Positions 30,832-42,337 are shown, numbered from the stretch's first letter. The stretch is 64,000 bases of DNA from Barthelona sp. PCE (GCA_040285745.1 JAUFOR010000004.1:372001-436000), one strand, 5' to 3'. Notes: generated by a model from the sequence alone, not told the origin. Numbers and translations: made by a program.

Positions 30832-32735
30832 TTATGTAAATTGACGACGTTGTAGACGCTTACTCAGTTCTTCATTGCGTAATTTCTGGGTATATTCATT
30901 CAAATTTCTTTGTAAACTGCTAACTAAATTATTCTTCTGACTTAAAATCTCTTTCAACTTCTGCACATAATCCCGTACATTACCGTCGCCATCCATTTCA
31001 TGCAGCAGCTTCATCTCCATCTTCAGCAGCTCCATCGTTAAGTCAACCGACTGCCGGTGGTACTGAAGGAGACCTGCTGGACTAAGATCATCATTGGCAA
31101 CTCTCTCGTAGTCCGGTAACTTAGGGAGGTTTTCCCTTCTTTCACGGCGCACAGGTTCCTTCTCACGATGGTCCCTGTTCATTTCTCTCTCCCTTTCGAG
31201 ATGATTTTGCTCACGTTCACGTTCTCTGTCTCGGTCGATATCCTTAATATCCCTTGCTCGTCTGTTATCCGCCTTACCCTGAGCGATACGCCTACGTGCA
31301 GCCTTTTTCTCGCGCTTGTCACCATCGATGGACTTGACTCTCGATGCATAACGTAGCGTATTCATAGAGTTCTCAACCTGACTATCACAGGGCGATATAC
31401 AACAGATCATGAGTGTTTTTGAGTTCTTCATGAAAGATTTGCGGAGAATAAGCGTTAACTTTGACTGACGGAATGGAACGTGCTTCTTACCAATGAAAAG
31501 AGACCTGATACACTCCTTTAACGCCAATAGCGATGAGTTAATGGATTTAGCCTCCTCTCTACGTACCTTATCGTTGAAGTAACTATCCTTTGCTCTTTCT
31601 GAACCAGCTAGATCAATGAAGGAAATGATACCCTCCTTCTTCCTCGTGTCCTTGTTGATCAGGACAATCTCTAGGATACCGTGGGAACGGGAAGAAACGT
31701 CATTCTGGCCAGTGGAACCGGTGATACGCTCGTTGATACCTCTGTCAACAAGTTGACGCAATTCTCTTTCTGTGTTGCACGGTGTCCTTGTCAGACCAGC
31801 AATCTGAACACGTCCCTTGTGATCCTCGCGCGGAATACATTGTTTTCTGTTGTTGAGAAGATCATATACTTGTTCAGCGTAAATTTCAAAAAATGCTATG
31901 TGCACTTCATAGTTCTGGAAGCGTGCAGTCCCCAGCAGATCAAAGATCTCAGTAAGACTCTTGAACAGGAGGCCGTGGCTCTCAAGCATGGTATATGTCT
32001 TACCGGCACCTGTCTGGCCATAAGCAAAAATGGTGACGGGTTCACCCCTAAAGAAAGATCTGAGGAGGGGTCTAACGTTTGTGTCATATACATATTGGTT
32101 AGACTTTTCCTCATCGAATACTGTATCAAAATCAAAAATATGACGTTCAGTATATCGTGTAAGGTCAACACGGACTTTAGGTTCTAAAACACCTACTCTG
32201 TCCTCACCATCAATCTCAAGAACATCAACCTCACCACGTTCGATCTCTGAGTTCGAAATTGGTCTCTTACGGACAACAACTCGAATTCGTTCTGGGCTTG
32301 GTTCTGGAAGATCGCGGATCGTTCTTAGAAGTTCAGGATCCTCCTCTTCATGCTTTAGATGGTACTCGTCATCGGTTTCGCTGCTCTCATCATTGGCAGC
32401 ACTGTACAACCATGCATCTTTGGATTGTGAAGGTGCGACCGGCTCGAGTGACAAGGATGTTGATATTTCGTCTGGCCTAGCTGTTTCATCTTGTTTCAAA
32501 CTCTAAATATAAGCATATCAAAAAACACAACTTTCGTTGATGTACATACTTGAATTAACCTGAAAAGTTGTTTGCGATCCTGAATTGCGGTTACTCCAAA
32601 GTTCGCATAGTCCTGCATAGACAGAGACATGAAGGATTCCTCATTTATGGCTTCTTCATAGAACATAGGTACATACTGATCCAACCCAGCGCGACGTAAC
32701 CAATTCCCTACTCTATTCGGTTCATTATTTTGCAT
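30832..32735 (-). CDS. kinesin-13 with N-terminal SAM domain (KIF24-like); exons 32735-32550 and 32502-30832
   Basis: VVVRKRP, KVRVDLT loop 2, LLALKECIR and HVPFRQSKLT. Exon 1 encodes the SAM domain (WLRRAGLDQY...DRKQLFRLIQ). Confidence 0.92.
32503..32549 (-). other. 47-nt spliceosomal intron
   Basis: GTATGT...GCTTATATTTAG. Joins a 62-codon exon in frame. Confidence 0.88.
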
Positions 32736-32895
32736 TTTGAGGATGAAAATGCGGTGAAATGGAAAAAAAAACTAATACAACTTTTTAGCGTTTGTAAACC
32801 AACTGTCAGAGGCAAACTTCGTCGAAAACTCCTCACAGTATATTTATGTCTGGAGAAATGCATGCTTTAAATTTTTTTCCTTCTTTCATAATTTT

Positions 32896-33555
32896 ATGGG
32901 ATTTTTTTGGGCGATAATTATAGCTCTCGTGGCTAGAATTGTATATTGTATACCATGGATCCCTTATAAAAGGTTTTCTAAAGACAAATTGAAAAAACCA
33001 GCAAAAAAAGCGCTAGTTGTTCTCGGTTCTGGTGGGCACACATCAGAAATGATCAAAACCATCAGTATAATTGGCCCTGCCGACTTCCTTAATGAAGTAG
33101 TCTTTGTTGCAGCGGAAACTGATAGGCACTCTATTGAACGAGCTAGATCTGTTTATTTTTCTGAACAAATCTCCATAAAGTATGCTAAATCAATCCCCCG
33201 TGCTAGAGAAGTAGGTCAAAGTTATATTTCTTCAGTTTATTCGACTTTTTTTAGTTTTCTAAAATGTTTTACTTTAGTTTTTAATGAGAATCCCACATTT
33301 GTTATTGTGAACGGGCCTGGTACATGTGTACCAATTGTATTTAGTGCTCTTATACTCAAGGTCTTTATGTTTAGAAAGATCAAAATTGTTTTTTTCGAAA
33401 GTTGGTGCAGGACACGTCATTTTTCTTTGACAGGGAAGATTATGCTTCCCATTGCAGATAAGTTCTTCGTTCAATGGGAGGATCTCAAGTCTGAATTCTG
33501 GTGTACAACATACATTCCGTTTTTAACACCTTCAGTAGCTCATTCATCAACGTAA
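32896..33555 (+). CDS. ALG14: UDP-GlcNAc transferase subunit ALG14
   Basis: VLGSGGHTSEM, IPRAREVGQS, NGPGTCVP, FESWCR and FFVQW. Confidence 0.95.
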   Translation: MGFFWAIIIALVARIVYCIPWIPYKRFSKDKLKKPAKKALVVLGSGGHTSEMIKTISIIGPADFLNEVVFVAAETDRHSIERARSVYFSEQISIKYAKSIPRAREVGQSYISSVYSTFFSFLKCFTLVFNENPTFVIVNGPGTCVPIVFSALILKVFMFRKIKIVFFESWCRTRHFSLTGKIMLPIADKFFVQWEDLKSEFWCTTYIPFLTPSVAHSST

Positions 33556-34109
33556 GCATGCTCTCCATCACTTGATGAAGATGATACGTCATCTATTTCC
33601 GATTCTACATCTGAGAAAGTTTCACTTTTTTTCGTAATTGTTATTGAACCGGAAAGGACGTAATCTATGCTCTTAGAGGTGCCTATATGCATGAGTTCTC
33701 GCTTAAGTAGCCTATATGAAGCCATGATTTTGTTATAAAGTTGCGTATGATAGAAATCACTAAGAATTTCTACAATTCTATTATCATTAGCAACTTTAAA
33801 TGCATTTACCATAGCTTCAGAGTGCTTGTATTGCATGACGTAGCCTCTTAACTCCACATACAACTGCGTTACTGTTATTGCATCCATACATCTGGATTTG
33901 ACCTGCACTCTCTTCTTTGTGTTTTCAAATATGGCTGTCAGCGCATCTAGCATTGCATCCTCCTCGATGAAGTTAGCCCTTGCCCTGAATTCTTGCTCAT
34001 ACTTCTTATTTAAGTGAGAAATCACCTTTGTTGAGAGTTTAACCTTGCCTGAATAAAAACAAGTGTTCACGATTCGCTTAAACAGTGCTTTTGTTCCATT
34101 TTGCTTCAT
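33540..34109 (-). CDS. hypothetical protein
   Basis: ORF of about 190 aa, helical with an acidic tail, overlapping the ALG14 3' end by 16 bp. Confidence 0.6.
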   Translation of the reverse strand: MKQNGTKALFKRIVNTCFYSGKVKLSTKVISHLNKKYEQEFRARANFIEEDAMLDALTAIFENTKKRVQVKSRCMDAITVTQLYVELRGYVMQYKHSEAMVNAFKVANDNRIVEILSDFYHTQLYNKIMASYRLLKRELMHIGTSKSIDYVLSGSITITKKSETFSDVESEIDDVSSSSSDGEHAYVDE

Positions 34110-34179
34110 TACATTGAAATTGAGAGAAAAATGATGTATCACAATTTCGCACTCTTTCACACATAATAATAGCGTAGCA

Positions 34180-36246
34180 ATGGACTACTCTGACGCTATT
34201 ATGCATCTGGATATCACAGGTGTCACAGATTTCACACCAATTGTCGAGCAACTTGCGGAAGTTGAAGATCTTCGATATTTGCATCTTTACGGGGAATCAC
34301 TGAAGACACTGGGCGCAGATCTTTCCGATCTCAAGAACATTGAGGTTTTAGATCTCGATAAGAATGTTTTTCCCGATATTGAGTGTGTATTACCAGCATT
34401 AAAGAGTCTTGACGGACTAAAACACCTTTTCATCAACTTCGAGAATGACAGTGATGAACTCAAAGTAGCAGAATCGTTGAGTCATCTCAGCAGTTTGAAT
34501 GGGTTTAGTTTTGACAATACTGACGTTCCTTTACAGGGATGTGAGCTCTTGACAAAGGACTTCAAGACCGATCTATCACTCAATATATCCCAGCAGAGCG
34601 GCACAGAGGTTGATTTGACACAGATTTCGTTTGACCAAATCGATGTCGAGTCTCTCCGTAATTGTTTTCATTCGTTATGTCCTTCTTTTGAACATGCCGG
34701 CGAGATGAAGGAGGCGTTCGATGAGCTGATTGATGGAATCAAGCCGGAACTTGCGGAACAGAAATATGGAAGAACAGAACTGAAGCAGCTCTGTGAGTTG
34801 GTTAATGAAACGGCTGTGCTGGGACAGGAACCCCTGCAACACCTTGCAAAGTTCGCTATCTCTGCCATATATAATCTGGGAACGCACCAACAGAGTAGCG
34901 AGGCTGATGCAAAGAGGATCAGTGCATTGGAAAAGGAAAATGAGGAGATTCTGGTTCTTGCCAAAGAGTTGGAGAAGGAGTCCACTGCCTTCAACGAGGA
35001 GCGGCAAAACATCTCAGAAACATTCCACAAGGAAAGGATGAAATTGGTTGAGCGCGTCTCATTATTGGAGCAAGAAAACGTAAAGTTAAAGGCGCGCGTA
35101 ACTGGTGTCGATCACATCCCTAACACACTGCCAAGGATGCTGACCTCAAGTTATGCGTCACCCAAGAAGGTGCCTGTGTATTCCCCTCATGCCGATAACA
35201 CCGCGAGTCCTAAGCGTTCACCGAGGAAGGGGCGTACCAGAGTGCTCAGCCTGAAGCAGCTGAAGGAGGTCATTGTTGAGATTTATGCAGCAAAAGAGAA
35301 GTTCGATGCGAAATGCATTCGAGAGAAAAGCTCAATGGAGACTCTGCAACAGTTTTTATTCACCTTTTTGGGGCAGAAATATGGTCTCAAGAGCCTTATC
35401 GTCGAGTGGTTGCACGGAATTAAGGACGGAGTGTCCAAGTTTGCTGCTTACGATAACGATGTAGCTGTTTTTTCGAGAATCCTTAGTAATCAGATCGAGG
35501 AGAACTTCCGTTTTGTTCAGATGCAGCTGAAATCAACAGTTATCACCATGCTTGAAGCAATGATTAAGACTGAATCCCCATTCCTTAGCGCACCACAGTT
35601 GAAGAAGGCAGTTGAAGAAAAGAAGGCAGGTTCTCTCTCAGAGGATGAGTGGTCCTCTGTCATGGGCTATCTGTTTGATAACGATGACGCTATGTCGATA
35701 AATTTGCGTATCCAGGAGTTTATTAAAAAACTACCTTCAGAGCACAACAACGATGATTTGTTGGGTGAAGTTGAGATTAAACCCAAGCTTAGATTCGTAG
35801 ATTTCCTTAAGATTTTATTGGATTATCAGTTAAAGTCGCACATTAAGTTTCTGAGTACTTTTGTGACCGTTTATCGTGTACACGATATGGATCATGATGG
35901 TGTCTTGTCCAGACAGCAATTAGCATCCCTCATTAGTAATATCAGAGGCCCAACGCCAAGAAAAATGATTAAAGCAATCTGTGATGAGCACGATGCAGGT
36001 AAACATGATAAGATTACGTTCTGTCAGTGCGTTGACATCTTTGCAGACGATATAGTCGACATTGAACTGGAAGGTATGTCATTAGGTATGGCTACTTATG
36101 ATGAACCATTGATGAGCCCAGTCACTTCGCATATGCAGGGTGCTTTGTTATCTAGGGAAATTCCTACATCACCCAAGAACTCCACGCCTAATAACACTGT
36201 AAGTAGATTTGCGGACTTGAATGCTTTGAGCTTTTCTGACTTGTAA
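34180..36246 (+). CDS. LRR + coiled-coil + TSNAXIP1-like + EF-hand protein
   Basis: N-terminal LRRs (LKNIEVLDLDKN), FLFTFLGQKYGLKSLIVEW...DNDVAVF and DMDHDGVLS EF-hand. Confidence 0.7.
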   Translation: MDYSDAIMHLDITGVTDFTPIVEQLAEVEDLRYLHLYGESLKTLGADLSDLKNIEVLDLDKNVFPDIECVLPALKSLDGLKHLFINFENDSDELKVAESLSHLSSLNGFSFDNTDVPLQGCELLTKDFKTDLSLNISQQSGTEVDLTQISFDQIDVESLRNCFHSLCPSFEHAGEMKEAFDELIDGIKPELAEQKYGRTELKQLCELVNETAVLGQEPLQHLAKFAISAIYNLGTHQQSSEADAKRISALEKENEEILVLAKELEKESTAFNEERQNISETFHKERMKLVERVSLLEQENVKLKARVTGVDHIPNTLPRMLTSSYASPKKVPVYSPHADNTASPKRSPRKGRTRVLSLKQLKEVIVEIYAAKEKFDAKCIREKSSMETLQQFLFTFLGQKYGLKSLIVEWLHGIKDGVSKFAAYDNDVAVFSRILSNQIEENFRFVQMQLKSTVITMLEAMIKTESPFLSAPQLKKAVEEKKAGSLSEDEWSSVMGYLFDNDDAMSINLRIQEFIKKLPSEHNNDDLLGEVEIKPKLRFVDFLKILLDYQLKSHIKFLSTFVTVYRVHDMDHDGVLSRQQLASLISNIRGPTPRKMIKAICDEHDAGKHDKITFCQCVDIFADDIVDIELEGMSLGMATYDEPLMSPVTSHMQGALLSREIPTSPKNSTPNNTVSRFADLNALSFSDL

Positions 36247-36302
36247 ATTTTGTTTTTCACCTTTTCACTTAATTTTTTACAGACAAAGGGTTTCATGATT
36301 CG

Positions 36303-36995
36303 ATGACATGTGAGTTCATTCTTCAATCCTGTCCAAATTGCGATAATTTGTTAGACAATAGTAAGCTTTTGTGTTTCCCACTATTGGAGTGCATTTGTAG
36401 GAATTTGCAGGACGATACAGACTTTTTGCAATATGAGCACATGTGTGAGGAGCCGGAAATGATCCAGCACCGTATTAATTTGCGTGAACATTGGAAATCG
36501 AAGATTTCTGAGCTGCAAGCATTGGAACCAAACAAACCGCTCCCCATGAGCATTTCTGATGTGTGTGTACTTCTTAACCGCAGGATAACTGCAGGATCAG
36601 CAGATTTCTTACCGCCGGTATCTTTCTGCATGTGTTCTCTTCTTTCTGCAGCTCTTGAGCCATTCAACGCCCGTGGAATGACGAAGATCGCACGCTCAAT
36701 AACAAAACACAACCATAGAAATGGATTTCAGTTTTGGATAAATTTGAAAGGTCCTGTTGCTAAATATAATGAGGATTCAGAGTTATTTTTGCGTGAGTTC
36801 ATGCGCAATATCGTCTGGATCAACTGGCATTTCTTACCCCACGAGATTCTGTGTTTGGAATTGAGACAAACTCAAGGATATGGTATGAGGTGGGTTGTTG
36901 AAGATGATAAAGTTGTTTTCCGTGGTTGTCTTGAACCACCTCATTCGAACGGCCACGAAAGTGGGTGGAAAAACATTGTTAAGGGTGCTGAGTAA
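36303..36995 (+). CDS. hypothetical protein (230 aa, Cys-rich N-terminus)
   Basis: ATG-initiated ORF filling the spacer; no family recognised. Confidence 0.6.
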   Translation: MTCEFILQSCPNCDNLLDNSKLLCFPLLECICRNLQDDTDFLQYEHMCEEPEMIQHRINLREHWKSKISELQALEPNKPLPMSISDVCVLLNRRITAGSADFLPPVSFCMCSLLSAALEPFNARGMTKIARSITKHNHRNGFQFWINLKGPVAKYNEDSELFLREFMRNIVWINWHFLPHEILCLELRQTQGYGMRWVVEDDKVVFRGCLEPPHSNGHESGWKNIVKGAE

Positions 36996-37163
36996 TGCCT
37001 GTTTTATCAATTTTTAATTTCTTTCCAATGCGATTTTGTTCTTTTTTTTGTTCTCCAAACGGCACACCCTTGGGAAACAGCCACAAAAAGCCGTCTCATT
37101 AGTAAACAACGATGTTATTTTTGCTTTTCTGTTTTTCTCCCTTTACTGTCTTCATTTTGACTA

Positions 37164-38384
37164 ATGCGCGAGCCAGTGCCCCAAGTCATCGAAGGTATTG
37201 ACGAATATTTTGTTACACACGGTATCAAGCAGCTTGTTCGCGAGCTTTTAAGCCAGCTCGCTTACAATCAGCCTGAGGACCCAATCGAGTTCATGCAGCA
37301 GTTCCTCTCCAATTACACTACCACGCAGGAGGTGAATTTGAACCCCAGCGCTCCCAAAGTATGATTTTTATTTTGGAACTCCAGAATTTCTCACATTTAG
37401 AACACTGATCCTCAACCAGACGATTTCATGGACGAGGACGACTACTTTTTGGATGATGAGGACGAGATTTTAGGTGAGGAACCACCTAAACCCGTTATGC
37501 GTTCTCGTAGAGGTGGTGTATCGTCAGCTCCTATTGACGTCACCGCACCTTTCACCTTCACCCCTATTAAGAAGCCACCAGAGATGATGGAACGTTTACG
37601 TGAAGCTGTTTTGCAAAACCCTCTTTTGTCTGAAGTCGAAGAAAAGGACAGAGAAATTGTAATCTCGGCAATGGATATCATATCCTACAAACCTACCGAA
37701 CACATTATCACACAAGGTGACGATGGTGATGAGTACTTTATTATGGATAGTGGTACTGTCGGTGTGTACATTCGTGGTCCCAACCAGCCCCGAGAGGAGC
37801 TGGGCAATGAGGTCATCGAGCTCCAGGCACCCCAGGCGTTTGGTGAGTTGGCGCTTATGTTCCAACAACCTCGTGCTGCTTCCATTGTCGCAAAGACCGA
37901 CGTTGTGTGTTGGTCTATCACCGGCGAGGTCTACCGCCGCATCATTATGATGGCTTCCATGCAGAAGCGTCAGAAGTTTAAGGACTTCCTCAGCCAGGTA
38001 CCTCTTTTCGATGATCTCATTGACTACGAGGTCTCCGCTCTCGCTGATGCTCTCATCAGCCTGAACGTCAAGAAGGGCGATGATATCGTCAAACAGGGCG
38101 ATTCAGGCGCTCATTTCTATATTATTGAGGAAGGTGAGTGCGTTGTTCATAAAACTACTGACGAGCATCCTGAAGGTATTGAAGTACTTCGTCTTGGAAA
38201 GAACGACTTCTTTGGAGAGCTCGCTCTCTTATATAACAAGCCTCGTGCTGCTACCGTTACCGCATTGACGGATTGTACCATCATTAAGTTAGAAAGAGCT
38301 GCTTTCGATCGTTTACTTGGTCCTGTGGACGAGTATCTATCCCGTAACAGGACTAAGTATCTGTACTATGTGGAGCAGAAATAA
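37164..38384 (+). CDS. cAMP-dependent protein kinase regulatory subunit; exons 37164-37358 and 37401-38384
   Basis: Dimerisation/docking domain (QPEDPIEFM), RRGGVS pseudosubstrate and two FGELAL...PRAA cNMP-binding cassettes. Confidence 0.95.
37359..37400 (+). other. 42-nt spliceosomal intron
   Basis: GTATGA...TCTCACATTTAG. Contains the in-frame TGA that separates the two PKA-R ORFs. Confidence 0.92.
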
Positions 38385-38420
38385 ATAATTTTTTGTTTTT
38401 TTGTTTTTTACTTCTTTGCA

Positions 38421-40067
38421 ATGGATTTTGAATGCCAATTAAAATGTGTCGTTGTTAGCGAGTTCGACTTGGACATTGGGGCAACTATTAGATCAGTATA
38501 TCCATCGTGTGAAGATGTTGATGAATGTATTGCTGATTTAGCACTTCCTGATGGTGCACATAACCGTAAAATCGACTCCACATTCGGATTTCTATCCCGT
38601 CCAGAGTCACTATCACTTCCCAGTATTCCTGCATCAAGTAGTGAAGAATCCGCAACGAATGTATTTGAAGTGCGGGTTTCTAAATATTTGGAGGGTATAG
38701 ACTCGTGGAATAGCCTCTCTGGGGATGTTCTACAGTTACATGTACTGGAAGAAGAGAGACTCATGCACGCATATCAGCCAGGTATTGAGGAACCTCTTTT
38801 TTCAATTGAGTTACACCCTCTAATGACAACGGAGATCATTTCAGAGCGGTTTCTATCCTTGAACAGCAAGAACGGAGACATTATTGGGTTGAACTTTTCA
38901 AAAACCGTCTCTTTCATGCGATTTGTTGTTTTACTGCATTCAATGCTTGCAACGGGCGAAGGCGACCTGGTGTACTCCGTTTCGTACTCGTTCGAACACG
39001 ATGACCTACACCGTGGTGCGATTGTTAAGAGTTTGAGTTTGGTTGGCCATTTTCCCAAGTTTTTTAAGAGAGAGTTCATTGAAAAGACCCTTGAGACAAT
39101 CCTCGAGCAAACATTCTTGCTGAATATGGAGGCATCAGATGATGAGCAAATCTCAGATGAAGAATTAGCAAAAAAAACGTTTGACACAGTTTCTCAAATG
39201 GTAGACAAGGAGAGTAAGCACGACTTGGGCATGCAGTCGCTCTCTGTACTGTTTGAACATTTCGGAGAACCGCATTTGATTGCTACATTGGTCGAAATGG
39301 TTCTTACAAATAAGTCTATACTGTTTTTCAGCGAGGACAGCGCATCTCAGATATGCCAGTGTGTGATGGGTCTGATATACCTTTTGCGGCCGTTCTACGG
39401 TATCCTTGAGCAGAAAGCATTTCCCTGGGTGACAGTACAGACACCAGACTATATACTGGTGAGTGGCGCGATAGTCGGAACAACAAATCCATTGCTTGCA
39501 CTACGTAACAGACACTTTCAATGCGTTGCAAAGCTAGCAGAAGGCACAGTTGAGCTTGTATCAGAGACAGAGACAGTCAAAAGCTTGTTTCATCCGTTTT
39601 TTAAACTGTGGCAGAATGCAAGCGCTGAAGTAGTAGCAAGCGAGTTCCACTACTTCATGGATCATCACTTGTACATCGCTAGTACACTGCATCTTCCCAG
39701 ATACGCAGCTTTTGAGCTTCCTATTGTATCATTGATTCAGTCCCATCCTTTTTATCCGCAGTGGGTGGCATTCAAGTTTTATCAGCTCTTGCACTTCCCT
39801 TCTGTGCTGCTAGACACCGTGTTTGGATTGTATAGCGTCAGCGATCATGATGATCAGGGTTTACTTTCAGCACTGTTATGTTTGAAAGAGGGATTAGACG
39901 GAGGAGCATTTACCGCTTCAGAATTCTCAACATTCACTAACAATGACTTTATACCCAGACTTCATCCATATCTGTTCCATGTTAACGACGAGATTCACTC
40001 ATTGTTAAAAGAAATTCTGGCAGAGTATTTCAGTATACCGCAATTCTACAACCATACCAGAAGTTAA
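38421..40067 (+). CDS. DENN-related (Afi1/AVL9/DENND6-like) protein
   Basis: VVSEFDLDIGATIRSVYP...LALPDGAH uDENN start, RGAIVKSL and IVGTTNP. Confidence 0.75.
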   Translation: MDFECQLKCVVVSEFDLDIGATIRSVYPSCEDVDECIADLALPDGAHNRKIDSTFGFLSRPESLSLPSIPASSSEESATNVFEVRVSKYLEGIDSWNSLSGDVLQLHVLEEERLMHAYQPGIEEPLFSIELHPLMTTEIISERFLSLNSKNGDIIGLNFSKTVSFMRFVVLLHSMLATGEGDLVYSVSYSFEHDDLHRGAIVKSLSLVGHFPKFFKREFIEKTLETILEQTFLLNMEASDDEQISDEELAKKTFDTVSQMVDKESKHDLGMQSLSVLFEHFGEPHLIATLVEMVLTNKSILFFSEDSASQICQCVMGLIYLLRPFYGILEQKAFPWVTVQTPDYILVSGAIVGTTNPLLALRNRHFQCVAKLAEGTVELVSETETVKSLFHPFFKLWQNASAEVVASEFHYFMDHHLYIASTLHLPRYAAFELPIVSLIQSHPFYPQWVAFKFYQLLHFPSVLLDTVFGLYSVSDHDDQGLLSALLCLKEGLDGGAFTASEFSTFTNNDFIPRLHPYLFHVNDEIHSLLKEILAEYFSIPQFYNHTRS

Positions 40068-41479
40068 GTATTTTTAACTGAAACTTCCACAGTACCGTCC
40101 TTGCTAGTGAATGCTAGCCACATTCCGTTGAGCAGTTGGTCAGGAATACGGAATTTGTTCATTCTGTACTTAAACATCATTTTTGTACCGTCAAGAGCCA
40201 TAGCTCTCAGATCTTGGAACGACTTAAACTCTCTAATGATCCCGTGGGCTGTTTGTGGAGAGAGATAGTCGAACTGGGTCAAAATGCGTGCTAAGTTTCG
40301 TTTTTCCTCATTGTTCTTGTCGAAAGGTTTTAAAAACTCCAAATAACGATGGTTGACAACTGTAGTCTCTATCTCATGCTGTTTTGGTGATCCTACTTCA
40401 ACTTTACCAGTGTTTTTTACCTCAAACCCAACTTTCACTTTGCAAATATACTCCTTGGCAGTCTCACAGAAGGTACTCAATAAAGACTTGAGCATACTCT
40501 TGCGCGATGGATGGTCCACGTATCCGAACCCAATGTTTATCTGCTGAGAAATAATGAGCTGGCGGTATTCTTCAGAAGTAGTGACTTGCTTACCTGTTCG
40601 GTGTGCTTCAATCGAGTTTGTCATAACATAAGTGAAGAGACCGTAAGTAACTATGGAGATTTTGCACTTCTTAGATGCCTTCTTAAGGGAGGAATCTATA
40701 TTTTTGAGAAACTTAAAACAGTGCTCTTTTTCAGGGATTATGATAATGTGAATATCTTTTTTGACTCCATTGACATGCTCAAAGAACTCTGGAAGTGGCG
40801 CATAGAGGATTAAGGTACCTCTAAAGTCATTAGCATTTTTAAAAACAAGTGAAAAGAACTGGTTGCCTGTTTCAAGCGTGGTTTCAACCTTTGACAATGC
40901 AGATGTGAGTGAAGCCAGGACAGCTGGTTCTGTCGAAGCAATTCTGATTGACAGCGCATCGAAATTGTTGAGGAAATTGGAGATTCGTTCATTCAGATCA
41001 GTTATGCTTCTTGGATATTTTTCAGGTGCTGCGGTAGATATGATGGGCGAAATATTGATGGGACTTACCTTCTCAGCAGGACTTTTATGAGAAGTAATGA
41101 CTCGTGGGGGACTGAACTGTGGCGGACTGTGTTGAGGAGGAGATAACGGATCTTTCCTGATTATATGATTAGCGTCATCACTCATGACACGTTGAACCTT
41201 GGGTAAAATGGGGGTCACAGGCACATTAACTTCAGCAACTGCAGCTGTGCGTTTCATCTTTCTTTTTGCACAAACAGGCTGATGCTGAACTGGCTTTTCA
41301 ACAACTTGCTGGGGAGCAACGACTCTTCTGTTGGACTGGCATGTCGGGCACTTAGTTAGAAGGTCGCAGAAGTAAAGATCTAAGCAAGCATCTGCACTAG
41401 TTTGCGGATTTGACTGAAAGAAGAGCTTCACACATTCGGGACATATATCTGGAACAATAGAGCACACAAGAGCAATCAT
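40064..41479 (-). CDS. probable EME1/MMS4-like ERCC4-family subunit
   Basis: S/P-rich N-half and a C-terminal HhH-like ILTQFDYLSPQTAHGIIREFKSFQDL. Confidence 0.5.
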   Translation of the reverse strand: MIALVCSIVPDICPECVKLFFQSNPQTSADACLDLYFCDLLTKCPTCQSNRRVVAPQQVVEKPVQHQPVCAKRKMKRTAAVAEVNVPVTPILPKVQRVMSDDANHIIRKDPLSPPQHSPPQFSPPRVITSHKSPAEKVSPINISPIISTAAPEKYPRSITDLNERISNFLNNFDALSIRIASTEPAVLASLTSALSKVETTLETGNQFFSLVFKNANDFRGTLILYAPLPEFFEHVNGVKKDIHIIIIPEKEHCFKFLKNIDSSLKKASKKCKISIVTYGLFTYVMTNSIEAHRTGKQVTTSEEYRQLIISQQINIGFGYVDHPSRKSMLKSLLSTFCETAKEYICKVKVGFEVKNTGKVEVGSPKQHEIETTVVNHRYLEFLKPFDKNNEEKRNLARILTQFDYLSPQTAHGIIREFKSFQDLRAMALDGTKMMFKYRMNKFRIPDQLLNGMWLAFTSKDGTVEVSVKNT

Positions 41480-41630
41480 TTCAATGTATATCCGTGAAAG
41501 GGGAAGAATTTTAGAACAAGAATTTGTGTTTATTCTCAGGTCTTGAAATGTGGCTACATGGGTTAACTCACTCCCTCATAGCTTTTTACTGTTAGTATTG
41601 GAGAAACTGTCATTTTTGTTGTATTCAGTT

Positions 41631-42337
41631 TTATTGAACTCTTTGCTTCACAAAGTCAAAAAATAACTGCACTTCATTGGAATTCAGTCCACAACTAGCT
41701 TCATTGCAATACTGGGGTTGTCTCACAAGCTGCATTAGACAGCTATAGTAGATACGAACTGGGTTACCCCTGCTGAACAGATCTGGATGGTTTGATGCTA
41801 TATCGTACCCAGTCATCATTGCAAACGGGAGGGAGGATGGATTACTTAATAGATTGGCAAGAACTGCAAGGGCTTTTTCTGCATTTTGTTTTTTGAGTGT
41901 TGCGAAGGCACTAATGTCCATATTTTTGACTATTTGTTCCAGTTTAGGGTCATTGACATTCAACATACTGATGTGAGCTTCAGCAGTTAGTGGAGGTTGT
42001 TGTTGTGGCGGTATTTGATTTGGAATAGCATAGGAATGTGGTTGAACATTGTATTGGAGCACCGTTGAGACAGGATTTGTGTTTGGTAGATTGTATTCTA
42101 TTGGCTCATTTGATTTTCTTGTAGATTTCTGCATTTCAATTAATTCTCTTACCATACTCATGATTTCAGTTATGCCATCGTTGTATTTCATCTGCCAGTT
42201 ATAGCTAAAAGTAAGTAAAATGCGATATTTTATATTGTCCCATACTTTGTTTCTTGTATCTGAATTAGTCTCTTGTTTTGATCAACAAGCTGCTTAACTG
42301 TATCCTTAAGAGCTGCAATTTCGTTAGAGTTTTGCAT
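41631..42337 (-). CDS. hypothetical protein; exons 42337-42246 and 42204-41631
   Basis: Spliced N-terminus MQNSNEIAALKDTVKQLVDQNKRLIQIQETN-YNWQMKY..., with a coiled coil, a Q/P linker and a helical C-domain. Confidence 0.7.
42205..42245 (-). other. 41-nt spliceosomal intron (phase 2)
   Basis: GTATGG...ACTTACTTTTAG. Joins an ATG-initiated 92-nt exon in frame. Confidence 0.8.
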
